Of a stretch of 64,000 bases of DNA, positions 41,600 through 51,553 are shown in pieces. Each line of letters starts with the position of its first letter. Positions within the stretch are counted from its first letter, which is position 1. Under the pieces are notes generated by a model. It was not told the origin of the DNA and made no database searches. It was given only the letters and a program-made list of their open reading frames with translations. Source of the DNA: Gammaproteobacteria bacterium. Its GTDB lineage: Bacteria; Pseudomonadota; Gammaproteobacteria; JAKDMP01. The position numbers were made by a program, and so were the translations under genes. Location of the stretch: the NCBI GenBank assembly GCA_049581885.1, contig JBAUSV010000070.1, positions 1,918-65,917 on the forward strand, given 5' to 3'.

Positions 41600-42427
41600 C
41601 TAGGTCGAGCCGCGTCCGGCGTGTGAATCGTCTCCCCCACCGGAAATCTCTCTCCGCTCCAGGGCCTTGGCTTCGTCCCACAAGGCATCCAGTTGTTCGA
41701 GACTCGTGTCGCGGGGCTTCACACCCTGTTCGGCGAGCCGGGACTCGATGTGGTTGAAGCGGCGCGTGAACTTGCGGTTGGCTTCGCGCAGCGCCTGCTC
41801 GGGCTCCACGTTCAAATGTCGCGCCAGGTTGACGACCGCAAACAGCAGATCGCCCACTTCTTCCCGCAACGCTGCGGCATCCGCTGGATCCGACGCCTCC
41901 AACTCGGACAACTCCTCGTGTATCTTCCCGCGAGGCCCTTCCTTGTCCGGCCAGTCGAAGCCCAGGGAAGCGGCCCTTTTCTGCAGCTTCAACGCCCGCA
42001 TCAGGGCAGGAAGTTGCGCCGGCAGGTGGTCGTCAATGTGCTCGCGGTCTTCGCTTTTGGCAGCTTCCCAACTGCGATTGAATTCCTTCATTGACGGCAC
42101 TTCTGCGCCGGCGAACACGTGCGGATGGCGTTGCTCGAGCTTGGCGGCCGCTGCCCCGGCCACCGCATCGAAGTCGAATTCGTCCTGCTCCTCGGCGAGC
42201 CGGGCGTGGAATACAACGTGGAACAGCAGGTCGCCGAGTTCCTCGCGCCAATGCGTCGCGTCGCCCTCCTCGACGGCAGCGGCCACCTCGCAGGCCTCCT
42301 CGATCGTCCACGGCGCAATGCTCCGCGCCGTCTGCTCTCGGTCCCACGGACAACCGTCCTCCGGGTCGCGCAGTTGCTCCATCACGGCCAGCAACCGGCG
42401 CAGTCCCTGCAGATCCTCTTTACTCAT
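41600..42427 (-). CDS. mazG: nucleoside triphosphate pyrophosphohydrolase MazG
   Basis: Two MazG EExxE/D repeats (REELGDLLF..., EEVGDLLF...), with the ATG at 42427. Confidence 0.8.
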   Translation of the reverse strand: MSKEDLQGLRRLLAVMEQLRDPEDGCPWDREQTARSIAPWTIEEACEVAAAVEEGDATHWREELGDLLFHVVFHARLAEEQDEFDFDAVAGAAAAKLEQRHPHVFAGAEVPSMKEFNRSWEAAKSEDREHIDDHLPAQLPALMRALKLQKRAASLGFDWPDKEGPRGKIHEELSELEASDPADAAALREEVGDLLFAVVNLARHLNVEPEQALREANRKFTRRFNHIESRLAEQGVKPRDTSLEQLDALWDEAKALERREISGGGDDSHAGRGST

Positions 42428-43067
42428 CCCGATTCTCCAGCGCCCTGCGTAGCGGGGGCAACAGCAATTGCAGCATACCGGCCGTCGCACCCCAGACACG
42501 CTGCCCGACCCAGTTCAGTTCCCAGTAAGGGAGGTGAACGCCATTGGAGTCGAATGTTTTCTGCTCCCAACGGCCACTATCGACCAGCACCGGTAGCGGG
42601 AGCGTGAATATGTCGGCCACCTCATCCGGCGAGGCAACGAGGTTTACGCGGGTCGCCACATGGCCCACGACAGGCGTTACCAGATAGCCGCTGGTGGTCG
42701 GGTAACGCGGCAGACATCCCAGCACCCGGACTCCAGCGCGCGGCAAGCCCACCTCTTCTTCGGCCTCGCGCAAAGCGGCCTGCTGGGGCGTGGGATCGGC
42801 GGCATCCACGGCGCCGCCCGGCAGGGCCACCTGGCCGGCATGCTGAACCAGGTCGTCCCGGCGCCGCGTGAGGACCAGGGCCGGCCCCGTCTCGTCTTCG
42901 ACGATGGCCGCGAGAACAGCTGCGGCAGCGGGCGTACCGGGTGGCCAGCGTCCAGCCCGGCGCAGGAATTCAAGGGCCGGCGCGTACACCTCGTCGCCGA
43001 ACGCCTGCAATTCCACTTCCAGCCGCTCCACCCAACCTGACTTAGGCGTGGTTTGTTCCGCGTTCAT
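42420..43067 (-). CDS. NUDIX hydrolase (CoA pyrophosphatase-like)
   Basis: Nudix box GGAVDAADPTPQQAALREAEEEVG. Confidence 0.7.
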   Translation of the reverse strand: MNAEQTTPKSGWVERLEVELQAFGDEVYAPALEFLRRAGRWPPGTPAAAAVLAAIVEDETGPALVLTRRRDDLVQHAGQVALPGGAVDAADPTPQQAALREAEEEVGLPRAGVRVLGCLPRYPTTSGYLVTPVVGHVATRVNLVASPDEVADIFTLPLPVLVDSGRWEQKTFDSNGVHLPYWELNWVGQRVWGATAGMLQLLLPPLRRALENRDE

Positions 43068-43134
43068 ATGTCTTTTTTGCTCCGCATTCAGTCCATCGCC
43101 CTGTAAAATAGTTATTTTACTGCCGGCATCCGCA

Positions 43135-44526
43135 ATGAGCGACGTAAACCAGGCGCTGTTCGCCCTTTCGCCACTCGACGGCCGCTATGCCGGCCGCGTC
43201 ACCCCGCTGCGCGAACTGCTCTCCGAATACGGACTGATCCGGGCCCGGGTGAGTGTAGAACTGGCCTGGTTCCGGGCCTTGAGCGAAGCACCGGAAATCG
43301 GCGAATGTCCGGCTCTCGGCGAAAAATCCAGGGCGTCCCTGGAGCGCATCGAGCGCGACTTCGATGCCGCGGCTGCCGATCACGTCAAGACCATCGAAGC
43401 TACCACCAATCACGACGTGAAAGCCGTCGAATACTATCTGAAGGAACAATTCGCCGCCGTGCCTGAATTGGCCGCGGGTAGCGAATTCATTCATTTTGCG
43501 TGCACCTCGGAAGACATCAACAATCTCGCCTGGGCGCTGCTGCTGAAGCAAACGCGCCACGATGTTTTCGCACCGACCATGCAGCGCATCATCGACACTC
43601 TGGCCGGGATGGCACGCGACCATGTCGCGACCCCGATGCTTGCGCGCACCCACGGTCAGCCGGCCACGCCGACCACTCTCGGCAAGGAACTGGCTATCTT
43701 CGCCGCACGACTCGAACGCCAGCGTGACCGCTTTTATAACGTGACGCTCACAGCTAAATTGAACGGCGCCACGGGCAATTACAACGCCCACGTCAGTGCC
43801 TATCCGGGGGTGGACTGGCCGACATTGTCGCGGCAGGTCGTCACGGCTCTGGGGCTCGAATGGCTGCCCCTGACCACCCAGATCGAGCCTCACGACGGCG
43901 TGGCCGAACTGCTCGACGCCCTCGCCGCCTTCAACACCGTGCTGGTCGACCTGTGCCGTGACATCTGGAGTTATGTCAGTCTGGGCTACTTCAAACAGCG
44001 CCTGGTGGAAGGTGAAATCGGCTCATCGACTATGCCCCACAAGGTCAACCCCATCGATTTCGAAAACGCCGAAGGCAACCTCGGCCTGGCCAATGCCCTC
44101 GCCCACCATCTGTCCGACAAGCTGCCCGTCTCGCGCATGCAGCGCGACCTGACCGATTCCACCTCGCAACGCGCCCTGGGCACGGCCTTCGGCCACAGCC
44201 TCGTCGCTTACGCTTCTGTGGAACGCGGACTGGGCAAACTCGAAGTCGCAAGCGAACGACTGGCCAGCGATCTCGACGCGCATTGGGAAGTGCTGGGAGA
44301 GGCCGCACAAACCCTGATGCGCCGCTACGGCGTGGAAGCCCCCTACGAAACACTCAAGGCCGCCACCCGCGGGCGCGAGCTGAATCGGGACACTTGGCGC
44401 GAAATCGTAGCCAAACTGCCGCTACCCGCTGCTGCCCGCAAGGAACTCGAAGCCCTGACGCCGGCTACCTATACGGGTCTGGCCGCGAATCTCGCCCGGC
44501 GCTACGGACCTGCCAGCAATTCATGA
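43135..44526 (+). CDS. purB: adenylosuccinate lyase
   Basis: Fumarate-lyase signature (GSSTMPHKVNP) with full-length PurB similarity. Confidence 0.9.
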   Translation: MSDVNQALFALSPLDGRYAGRVTPLRELLSEYGLIRARVSVELAWFRALSEAPEIGECPALGEKSRASLERIERDFDAAAADHVKTIEATTNHDVKAVEYYLKEQFAAVPELAAGSEFIHFACTSEDINNLAWALLLKQTRHDVFAPTMQRIIDTLAGMARDHVATPMLARTHGQPATPTTLGKELAIFAARLERQRDRFYNVTLTAKLNGATGNYNAHVSAYPGVDWPTLSRQVVTALGLEWLPLTTQIEPHDGVAELLDALAAFNTVLVDLCRDIWSYVSLGYFKQRLVEGEIGSSTMPHKVNPIDFENAEGNLGLANALAHHLSDKLPVSRMQRDLTDSTSQRALGTAFGHSLVAYASVERGLGKLEVASERLASDLDAHWEVLGEAAQTLMRRYGVEAPYETLKAATRGRELNRDTWREIVAKLPLPAAARKELEALTPATYTGLAANLARRYGPASNS

Positions 44527-45431
44527 AGCAATTCAGTGTACGGCTTGCCGACTGGGAAAAGGACACCGCAGCCTTGCGAGCGGTGCGCACGCAGGTCTTT
44601 GTGGACGAACAGAAAGTACCGCTCGACATGGAATGGGACGGGCTGGACGAGCACTGTATTCACGCGCTGGCATTTGCGGGCAAGGAAGCCATCGGCACCG
44701 GTCGTCTTACCCCTGACGGTCACATCGGGCGCATGGCCGTACTCGCCGATTGGCGCGGCACGGGCGTGGGCGCGGAACTGCTGCTCAAGCTAATGGAGGC
44801 CGCGAAGGCACGCGGCGACACGCACTGCGAATTGAATGCCCAGGTGAGCGCCATCGGCTTCTATGAGCATTTCGGTTTTCACGCCGAAGGCGGTACGTTT
44901 CTCGATGCCGGCATCGTTCATCGGCGCATGCGCCTCGATTACGACACGCAGGACCTGAACACCGAATCGCTTAGCGGTCACGCCAGCCTGGCAGGCGCCC
45001 TGCTCCGCCTCGCTCGTGCGGCACACCACACTTTCGCGCTGTACGCGCCCGATTTGGCCCCTCGACTGACCGATAGCAACGAATTCGCTGCGGCCCTGAA
45101 AGACGTGGCCCTGTCGAGCCCGCACAGCAACGTTCGACTGCTCTGTCAGGAGGCGCGAAGCGCCGTCCAGTCAAGCCATTTCGTACTGCGCGTGGTGACG
45201 GCACTGCCCAGCTACTGCGCCCTGCACCAATTGTGCACCGAGGACGAGCCAACTGACGAAGTCTATGCCTTCAATGATACGGGTGGCGCCTTCCACCAGC
45301 CACACATCGAATCGTTTACTGGTACGCTAATCCTCGATTCTCCGTTGTCCGCCCGCGAATTGCAGCGACGTTTCGACCCACTATGGAAACGCAGTGAACC
45401 CACGCCTGATGCCCGGCGCCTGCATCTTTGA
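44523..45431 (+). CDS. GNAT family acetyltransferase with a C-terminal extension
   Basis: GNAT motif (RGTGVGAELLL...GFYEHFGF). ATGA overlap with purB. Confidence 0.65.
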   Translation: MKQFSVRLADWEKDTAALRAVRTQVFVDEQKVPLDMEWDGLDEHCIHALAFAGKEAIGTGRLTPDGHIGRMAVLADWRGTGVGAELLLKLMEAAKARGDTHCELNAQVSAIGFYEHFGFHAEGGTFLDAGIVHRRMRLDYDTQDLNTESLSGHASLAGALLRLARAAHHTFALYAPDLAPRLTDSNEFAAALKDVALSSPHSNVRLLCQEARSAVQSSHFVLRVVTALPSYCALHQLCTEDEPTDEVYAFNDTGGAFHQPHIESFTGTLILDSPLSARELQRRFDPLWKRSEPTPDARRLHL

Positions 45432-45446
45432 TGTCTAAGGACGGAC

Positions 45447-45908
45447 ATGAACGATCGTAACTTCATGCCGCACCTGACCGTCGCCGCTGTCGTCGAACGT
45501 GACGGCCGCTATCTTGTCGTGCGCGAATACATCAACGGCGATGAGTGTATCAACAACCCGGCCGGGCACGTCGAAGACGGCGAATCGCCCGTGGAAGCAA
45601 CCATCCGCGAAGTCCACGAAGAAACCGGTTACAACTTCGTGGCCGAGTCGCTGGGCGGCGTATACCTGTGGCGCAAGCCGGACGACGGTGAAACGTTTCT
45701 TCGCATCAACATCATCGGACGCTGCACCGGTCACGACCCCAATGCCTCGCTGGATGAAGGCATCATCGGCCCCGAGTGGCTGAGTCTCGACGAGCTGCGG
45801 CAGCCATCGCTGCCGCTGCGTAGCCCCCTCGTACTGCGCTCCTTCAACGAGTGCCGCATGGGTATCCGCTATCCGCTGGATGTCATCAGCACACTGATCG
45901 ACGCATGA
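45447..45908 (+). CDS. NUDIX hydrolase
   Basis: Nudix box GHVEDGESPVEATIREVHEETG. Confidence 0.75.
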   Translation: MNDRNFMPHLTVAAVVERDGRYLVVREYINGDECINNPAGHVEDGESPVEATIREVHEETGYNFVAESLGGVYLWRKPDDGETFLRINIIGRCTGHDPNASLDEGIIGPEWLSLDELRQPSLPLRSPLVLRSFNECRMGIRYPLDVISTLIDA

Positions 45909-47008
45909 TCGAAAATCCCCTGGTCATGGTCGGCCTCTCGGGTGGAGTCGATTCCGCAGTCGCCGCCTGGCGACTGCTCGAAGCGGGCTACCGGGTGGAA
46001 GGCCTGCACATGACCAATTGGGAGGCCGACGACGCCTACTGCACGCGTGTGGACGATGAAGCCAGCGCCGCCGCCGTAGCCGATCATCTCGGCATTACTC
46101 TGCATCGCGTGAATTTCGCTCACGAGTACCGCCAACAGGTATTCGACGACTTCCTGGCTGAATATCGCGCGGGGCGCACACCCAACCCGGACGTGCTATG
46201 CAATCGCTACATCAAGTTCGGCATCTTCCTCGACTGGGCCCGGCGTCTGGGCGCGGATGCGATCGCCACTGGCCACTATGCCCGCACCGGCGACATTGCC
46301 GGTAAACCCGGCTTGCTTGCCGCCCACGACACGGCCAAGGATCAGACTTACTTTCTGCACGCCATATCCAATGCGGCTCTGGAACGCACCCTTTTCCCGC
46401 TGGGCGAATATTCCAAGCCGGAAGTGCGGGCCATCGCGCGCAAGATCGGGCTACCCAATTTTGATCGCGCGGACTCCACCGGCATCTGCTTTATCGGAGA
46501 ACGCCCGTTCCGCGACTTCCTGGCCGAGTATCTGCCTGCCGAACCCGGTCCCATCGAAAACACCGCAGGTGAAACGCTAGGCGAGCATCCGGGGCTGCAT
46601 TTTTATACTCTGGGCCAACGTGGTGGGCTGGGTATTGGCGGCCGTCAAAATGCCGAGAATGCACCCTGGTACGTGGTGGACAAGGATTTCGCACGCAAGG
46701 TGCTGATCGTGGCGCAGGATGCGGATCATCCACGCCTGCTCTCCACCGCACTGGAGGCCGATCGCGTGCACTGGATCGCAGGCGAACCGCCTCCCGTACC
46801 GGCCACCGTCCAGGTGCGGGTCCGCTACAGACAACAACCGGTCGCAGCCACTCTGGAGAATGCCGGGGAAACTTTGAGCCTGCGCTTCGTTGAGGCGGTG
46901 CGAGCCGTCACACCCGGACAGTATGCCGTCGTCTATGCCGGTGATGTGTGCCTTGGCGGCGGCCGTATTATCACTTGCAGCACGCTGTCCGCCACAGCAA
47001 AAAACTAG
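45905..47008 (+). CDS. mnmA: tRNA 2-thiouridine(34) synthase MnmA
   Basis: PP-loop SGGVDS with catalytic Cys; full-length MnmA similarity. Confidence 0.9.
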   Translation: MIENPLVMVGLSGGVDSAVAAWRLLEAGYRVEGLHMTNWEADDAYCTRVDDEASAAAVADHLGITLHRVNFAHEYRQQVFDDFLAEYRAGRTPNPDVLCNRYIKFGIFLDWARRLGADAIATGHYARTGDIAGKPGLLAAHDTAKDQTYFLHAISNAALERTLFPLGEYSKPEVRAIARKIGLPNFDRADSTGICFIGERPFRDFLAEYLPAEPGPIENTAGETLGEHPGLHFYTLGQRGGLGIGGRQNAENAPWYVVDKDFARKVLIVAQDADHPRLLSTALEADRVHWIAGEPPPVPATVQVRVRYRQQPVAATLENAGETLSLRFVEAVRAVTPGQYAVVYAGDVCLGGGRIITCSTLSATAKN

Positions 47009-47106
47009 AACCCATCTCAAGATACCTCGTGGCCGCTCCGTCCCTTAGCGTTGCGCCCCTGCGCCGGGGAGGCAACGCGGTTACGGGGTATCTTGAGATG
47101 GGTTCT
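47007..47106. repeat. 100-bp structured element: 20-bp perfect terminal inverted repeats around nested hairpins
   Basis: AGAACCCATCTCAAGATACC...GGTATCTTGAGATGGGTTCT with an internal GCGTTGC/GCAACGC and CCCC-TGCGCC-GGGG hairpin. It spans both convergent stop codons. Confidence 0.5.
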
Positions 47107-47944
47107 AAGCTTGATGCTCCATTCGTTTGAAGCGGGGCCGGCAAATGGAAAGCAGGCCCAGATCGCGCTCTCCCATGTTTGTAATGCAGCGCCACGACCC
47201 CCCCTTGATCAATACGCCGTCTCCCGGGCCTACCTCACGATTCTGGCCGTCAATTTCGACCAGGCCGTGCCCCGCGAGAAAGAGATAACGTTCCGTGACT
47301 CCGCGCAACCGATAAGCACGGGTGGTAACACCGGGCTCTATGCGCAAGCGAGCAACCGAAAGTGCCGGATCGTCCGCACTATTCCACCATTCGGTCACGT
47401 AGTAATTATCTTCGGTAGGAAGCTCAACGAACCGCGGTTTACTGCGTCCACCAACCGAGGGTTTAATCGGGGCAATGGGGCCGGAACTGACACTGCTGCT
47501 CGGTTGACGGGTGTTCGCCTCGCTGACGGGCACACGCTCTTGCCGCTCAAACTGGCGTGAAGTACCTGGAAATCCCAGCGGACGGCGGGTGCTGGTTTCA
47601 ATAATAAAACCACCGCAGTAGGCAAAATAGCTATGCGTCCCCAGGCGCCGCTTGTGGTGCGCCACCATTGGGTGCTCCAACCGGTCCAGGAGCTTGAGGA
47701 ATACGGCCGGTTTGACTCTAAGCGATTGTAGAGCACCCTCCCCGCCCATCACATCAACCAGGCAAAGGCCTGTGGTACTCTGCGCCGAGGTATCGATCAG
47801 GCTGTAGCCAGGTGTAGCCGCTTCCGTCGACCTTCCAGTTGAGTCAGAGGGTTTTGGGGACAATTCGTCGCCACCCTTGGATTCCAACATGATTTTCTCC
47901 GATGAAATTGAGCTTCTGCCCTGTACCAGCAAAAACCATGCCAA
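47105..47944 (-). CDS. cupin-domain protein (C-terminal) with an unassigned N-terminal region
   Basis: C-terminal cupin barrel (GHGLVEIDG...GDGVLIKGG). The start is uncertain (MLESKGG around 47890 is possible). Confidence 0.5.
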   Translation of the reverse strand: MAWFLLVQGRSSISSEKIMLESKGGDELSPKPSDSTGRSTEAATPGYSLIDTSAQSTTGLCLVDVMGGEGALQSLRVKPAVFLKLLDRLEHPMVAHHKRRLGTHSYFAYCGGFIIETSTRRPLGFPGTSRQFERQERVPVSEANTRQPSSSVSSGPIAPIKPSVGGRSKPRFVELPTEDNYYVTEWWNSADDPALSVARLRIEPGVTTRAYRLRGVTERYLFLAGHGLVEIDGQNREVGPGDGVLIKGGSWRCITNMGERDLGLLSICRPRFKRMEHQA

Positions 47945-48320
47945 ACTGATAATAAACGGTAAAAAAGACTTATTATTGTGCGTATATACAAATACTTATC
48001 TGAATAACCGCTAACTGCAGACAGCACATCGTTTTAATGTCGGAATAGTCTTACGTGACAAAATTGTCGGTTCCGGCCAAATTTGGTCAGGCATCCACGG
48101 AGGCAACCGTAAAATCGGCTTTTATTGCCTGAACACAACATCGGGTGACTTGCCGCCGATTCTCAACACTGTAAGGAATCCCGATGATCGGCGACATACA
48201 TTTGTGAATTTTTTTAGTTACTTTTGGCGTATAAATTGATTCATACCAATCCCATCCCGGGGTAAAAAACTTGATTACTGCAGACACTCAAACCTCATCG
48301 AAACCCCCTGAGCCAAGCCC

Positions 48321-49835
48321 ATGAGCACCGCCGATAAACGCTGGCCCAAGCCTCGCCGCTTTGATAGCAACCTGGTTGTAATCGGCGCCGGGTCTGCAGG
48401 TCTGGTCAGTGCCTATATCGCAGCCACCGTGCGCGCCAAGGTGACGCTGGTCGAAGCCGGTGAGATGGGTGGTGATTGCCTTAACACCGGCTGCGTTCCG
48501 TCCAAGGCCCTGATTCACGCCGCACGTCAGGTGGCGCATGCCCGCCGCGCCAAGGCACTGGGCATCGATATGGGCACGATTGGGATCGATTTCCCCGCAG
48601 TGATGGACAGCGTACAGCGCGCCGTCACCCAGGTCGCACCACACGATGCGGTCGAACGCTATCTTGAACTCGGTGTCGATGTCCGCCACGGACATGCCCG
48701 GATCGTATCGCCGTGGCAGGTGGAGATCGACGGTGAGGCGCTCTACACCCGCGCCATAGTCATCGCCGCCGGCGCGGAGCCGTTAGTGCCGCCCATTCCG
48801 GGGTTGGCCGAGGCCGGTTATCTCACCTCTGATACGGTGTGGTCATTGCGCGAAAAGCCGCGCCGCATGCTGGTGTTGGGCGGCGGTCCAATCGGTTGCG
48901 AGCTGGCCCAGGCCTTTGCCCGACTGGGCGTCAGCGTGACGCAGGTGGAAATGGCCGAGCGCCTGCTGCTGCGCGAAGACGACGAGGTCAGCGAATTTGT
49001 GGCGGCGCGGCTGCGTGAAGACGGAGTCGATGTGCGCACCGGTCACAAGGCCATCGGCGTCGAACAGACAGGCGATGGCGGCAAGGTGCTGGTCTGCAAG
49101 CACCCGAACGGCGAAACCCGGTTCGATTTCGATGCCATCCTGGTGGCCATCGGGCGCAAGCCACGCACGCAAGGCTATGGGCTCGACACATTGGGCATTA
49201 CCGCCACAGGTACGGTCGAAACCAATGAGTATCTCCAGACCCTGTATCCGAATATCTACGCCTGTGGCGATGTTGCCGGACCATATCAGTTCACTCACAC
49301 CGCCGCCCATCAGGCCTGGTACGCCACGGTGAATGCGCTGTTCGGTCAATTCCATCGTTTCCGCGCCGATTACTCGGTCATCCCCACCGTAACCTTCGTC
49401 GATCCGGAAGTGGCCCGCGTCGGTCTTAACGAACGCGAAGCGCGAGATAAAGGCATCACCTACGAAGTTACCCGCTACGAGCTGGACGAACTGGACCGCG
49501 CCATTACCGAAAATGACACGCAAGGATTCATCAAGGTGCTGACCGTACCCGGCAAGGATAGAATCCTGGGGGCCACCATCGTAGGCACGCACGGTGGCGA
49601 ACTGATAGCCGAATTCACGCTCGCCATGCGCCACAAGCTGGGGTTGAACAAACTGCTCGGCACCATCCATGCTTACCCCACCTGGGCCGAAGCCAACAAG
49701 TACGCGGCCGGAGCCTGGAAACGCGCACATGCGCCCGAGCGTCTGCTACGCTGGTTGGGACGTTATCATCGCTGGCGCCGGGGTGGGGATCGTTCATTCG
49801 CACCTAATGTCGAAGACAAGGAGTCTCGCACATGA
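48321..49835 (+). CDS. FAD-dependent pyridine nucleotide-disulfide oxidoreductase
   Basis: FAD motif GAGSAG and the redox-active disulfide GGDCLNTGCVPSK. It is related to dihydrolipoamide dehydrogenase and mercuric reductase. Confidence 0.8.
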   Translation: MSTADKRWPKPRRFDSNLVVIGAGSAGLVSAYIAATVRAKVTLVEAGEMGGDCLNTGCVPSKALIHAARQVAHARRAKALGIDMGTIGIDFPAVMDSVQRAVTQVAPHDAVERYLELGVDVRHGHARIVSPWQVEIDGEALYTRAIVIAAGAEPLVPPIPGLAEAGYLTSDTVWSLREKPRRMLVLGGGPIGCELAQAFARLGVSVTQVEMAERLLLREDDEVSEFVAARLREDGVDVRTGHKAIGVEQTGDGGKVLVCKHPNGETRFDFDAILVAIGRKPRTQGYGLDTLGITATGTVETNEYLQTLYPNIYACGDVAGPYQFTHTAAHQAWYATVNALFGQFHRFRADYSVIPTVTFVDPEVARVGLNEREARDKGITYEVTRYELDELDRAITENDTQGFIKVLTVPGKDRILGATIVGTHGGELIAEFTLAMRHKLGLNKLLGTIHAYPTWAEANKYAAGAWKRAHAPERLLRWLGRYHRWRRGGDRSFAPNVEDKESRT

Positions 49836-50824
49836 ATCAGGCTGCACAATCGCTGCCCGGCGAAGCGCTGACGCCGTTCACCCGCACGCTGCGCGAGCAT
49901 AAACTCGATTTGCCGCGAACGCCGCTGGAAATCTTGCAGATCAACGTAGGCAAGCTGTGCGATCTGGCGTGCCACCACTGTCATGTCGAGGCTGGACCCA
50001 AACGCACCGAGATCATGGAATGGCACACGGTCGTGCGTCTGCTCGAATTGCTGGCCGACGCACCCGATGTACACACGGTGGATATCACCGGCGGCGCACC
50101 GGAACTCAACCCGCACTTCCGCACGCTGGTCAGCGAAGCCCGGTCACTGGGTAAACAGGTCATCGACCGCTGCAACCTCACCGTGCTATTCCGTCCCGGC
50201 CAGGAAGACACCTCCGAATTTCTGGCCTCCCAGGGCACCAAAGTGATCGCTTCGCTGCCGTGCTACACCCAGGCCAATGTGGAAAAACAACGCGGCCTGC
50301 ATGTGTTTAATCCAAGCATCGCAGGACTGCAACAGCTCAACGCGTTGGGTTACGGCCGGCCCGGATCGGATCTCGAACTGGACCTGGTCTACAACCCGCT
50401 GGGCGCATCGTTACCGCCGGCACAGATCGAACTGGAAGCGATCTACCGTCAAGAGTTATCCGACCATTTCGGTGTTGTTTTCAATAACCTGTTCACAATC
50501 ACCAATATGCCGATCAAACGCTTCCTGCACCAGCTCGAACTGGAAGGCCGCTACGAAAGCTACATGCAAACTCTGCTTGAAGCATTCAATCCGCGAGCCG
50601 CTGAGGGGGTGATGTGCCGTAATCTTTTATCCGTCAGTTGGGACGGTCAGCTGTACGATTGCGACTTTAATCAGGCGCTGGAACTGCCTCTCGCTAACCG
50701 CCGCCACAGTCTGTGGGACATCGAGGCGCTGGCCGAGATCGATCTGGAACGCATTGCCTTCGGCAACCATTGTTACGGCTGCACCGCAGGCTCAGGAAGT
50801 TCCTGCGGCGGCGCCCTCACTTGA
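49832..50824 (+). CDS. arsS: radical SAM protein, ArsS (arsenosugar biosynthesis) type
   Basis: CDLACHHCHVEAGP is a CX3CX2C radical-SAM motif with ArsS-like context. The Cys-rich C-terminus (CYGCTAGSGSSCGG) is the Cys version of what are often selenoproteins. ATGA overlap with the upstream gene. Confidence 0.6.
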   Translation: MNQAAQSLPGEALTPFTRTLREHKLDLPRTPLEILQINVGKLCDLACHHCHVEAGPKRTEIMEWHTVVRLLELLADAPDVHTVDITGGAPELNPHFRTLVSEARSLGKQVIDRCNLTVLFRPGQEDTSEFLASQGTKVIASLPCYTQANVEKQRGLHVFNPSIAGLQQLNALGYGRPGSDLELDLVYNPLGASLPPAQIELEAIYRQELSDHFGVVFNNLFTITNMPIKRFLHQLELEGRYESYMQTLLEAFNPRAAEGVMCRNLLSVSWDGQLYDCDFNQALELPLANRRHSLWDIEALAEIDLERIAFGNHCYGCTAGSGSSCGGALT

Positions 50825-50842
50825 ACGTCGGCACCCCGCATC

Positions 50843-51553
50843 ATGCCTGAAACCGAGGCACCCGAAGACCGCCTACTGTCCGTCATCGTACCCCTCGCCC
50901 CCGGCGAAACCGAAGCGGGAAAATTGCTGAATCAATTGACTGCCCTGCCCGCCGGCAGCGAAGTCATTGTCGTACGTACCGAAAACTGCCCTGAGTCGCG
51001 TCCGGAAAACTGGCCAGCCACGCTGGCTTACCGCGAATACACCCAATTGGTCGGACGCGCACGGCAATTAAATCTGGGCGCGCAGATCGCCCGCGGCCAC
51101 TGGTTGTGGTTCCTGCATGCCGATTCGCGTCTGCTGGAACCCACCCTGCCGGCACTGCAACGTTTCATTACCAGTCCTGACGATGCGCTCGGCTGGTTCG
51201 ACCTGCGGTTCCGTCACGATGGACCACGCCTGGTGATGTTAAACGCCATCGGGGCCAACTTGCGGGCCCATTGGCTGGGTATGCCGTTCGGCGACCAGGG
51301 GTTGATCATACCCAAGTCCCGTTTCGATACCATCGGCGGCTTCGATGAAAACGTACCGTACGGAGAAGATCATCTGCTGGTCTGGGCTGCGCGCCGTGCC
51401 GGTCTGCCATTGCGGCCCGTAGGTGCCCCGCTGCAAACCAGCGCCCGAAAATATACTCACCACGGTTGGCTGAACACCACCGTGACGCACTGGCGGCTGA
51501 CCGTCGCTCAAGCCTGGCCGGAATGGCTGCGGAACCGGCGAACTCGCTCGTGA
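50843..51553 (+). CDS. family 2 glycosyltransferase (TIGR04283-like)
   Basis: GT-A fold with a DxD region (FLHADS). This family usually pairs with DUF2064 and ArsS. Confidence 0.6.
   Translation: MPETEAPEDRLLSVIVPLAPGETEAGKLLNQLTALPAGSEVIVVRTENCPESRPENWPATLAYREYTQLVGRARQLNLGAQIARGHWLWFLHADSRLLEPTLPALQRFITSPDDALGWFDLRFRHDGPRLVMLNAIGANLRAHWLGMPFGDQGLIIPKSRFDTIGGFDENVPYGEDHLLVWAARRAGLPLRPVGAPLQTSARKYTHHGWLNTTVTHWRLTVAQAWPEWLRNRRTRS

Noticed and set aside
48150-48176. ATGATCGGCGAC (MIGD...) mini-ORF resembling the MIGG start in the repeated dioxygenase-end motif
   Set aside because: Only 12 nt are shared, and it lacks the GACCTCGATCCGGAT core, so this is probably chance.
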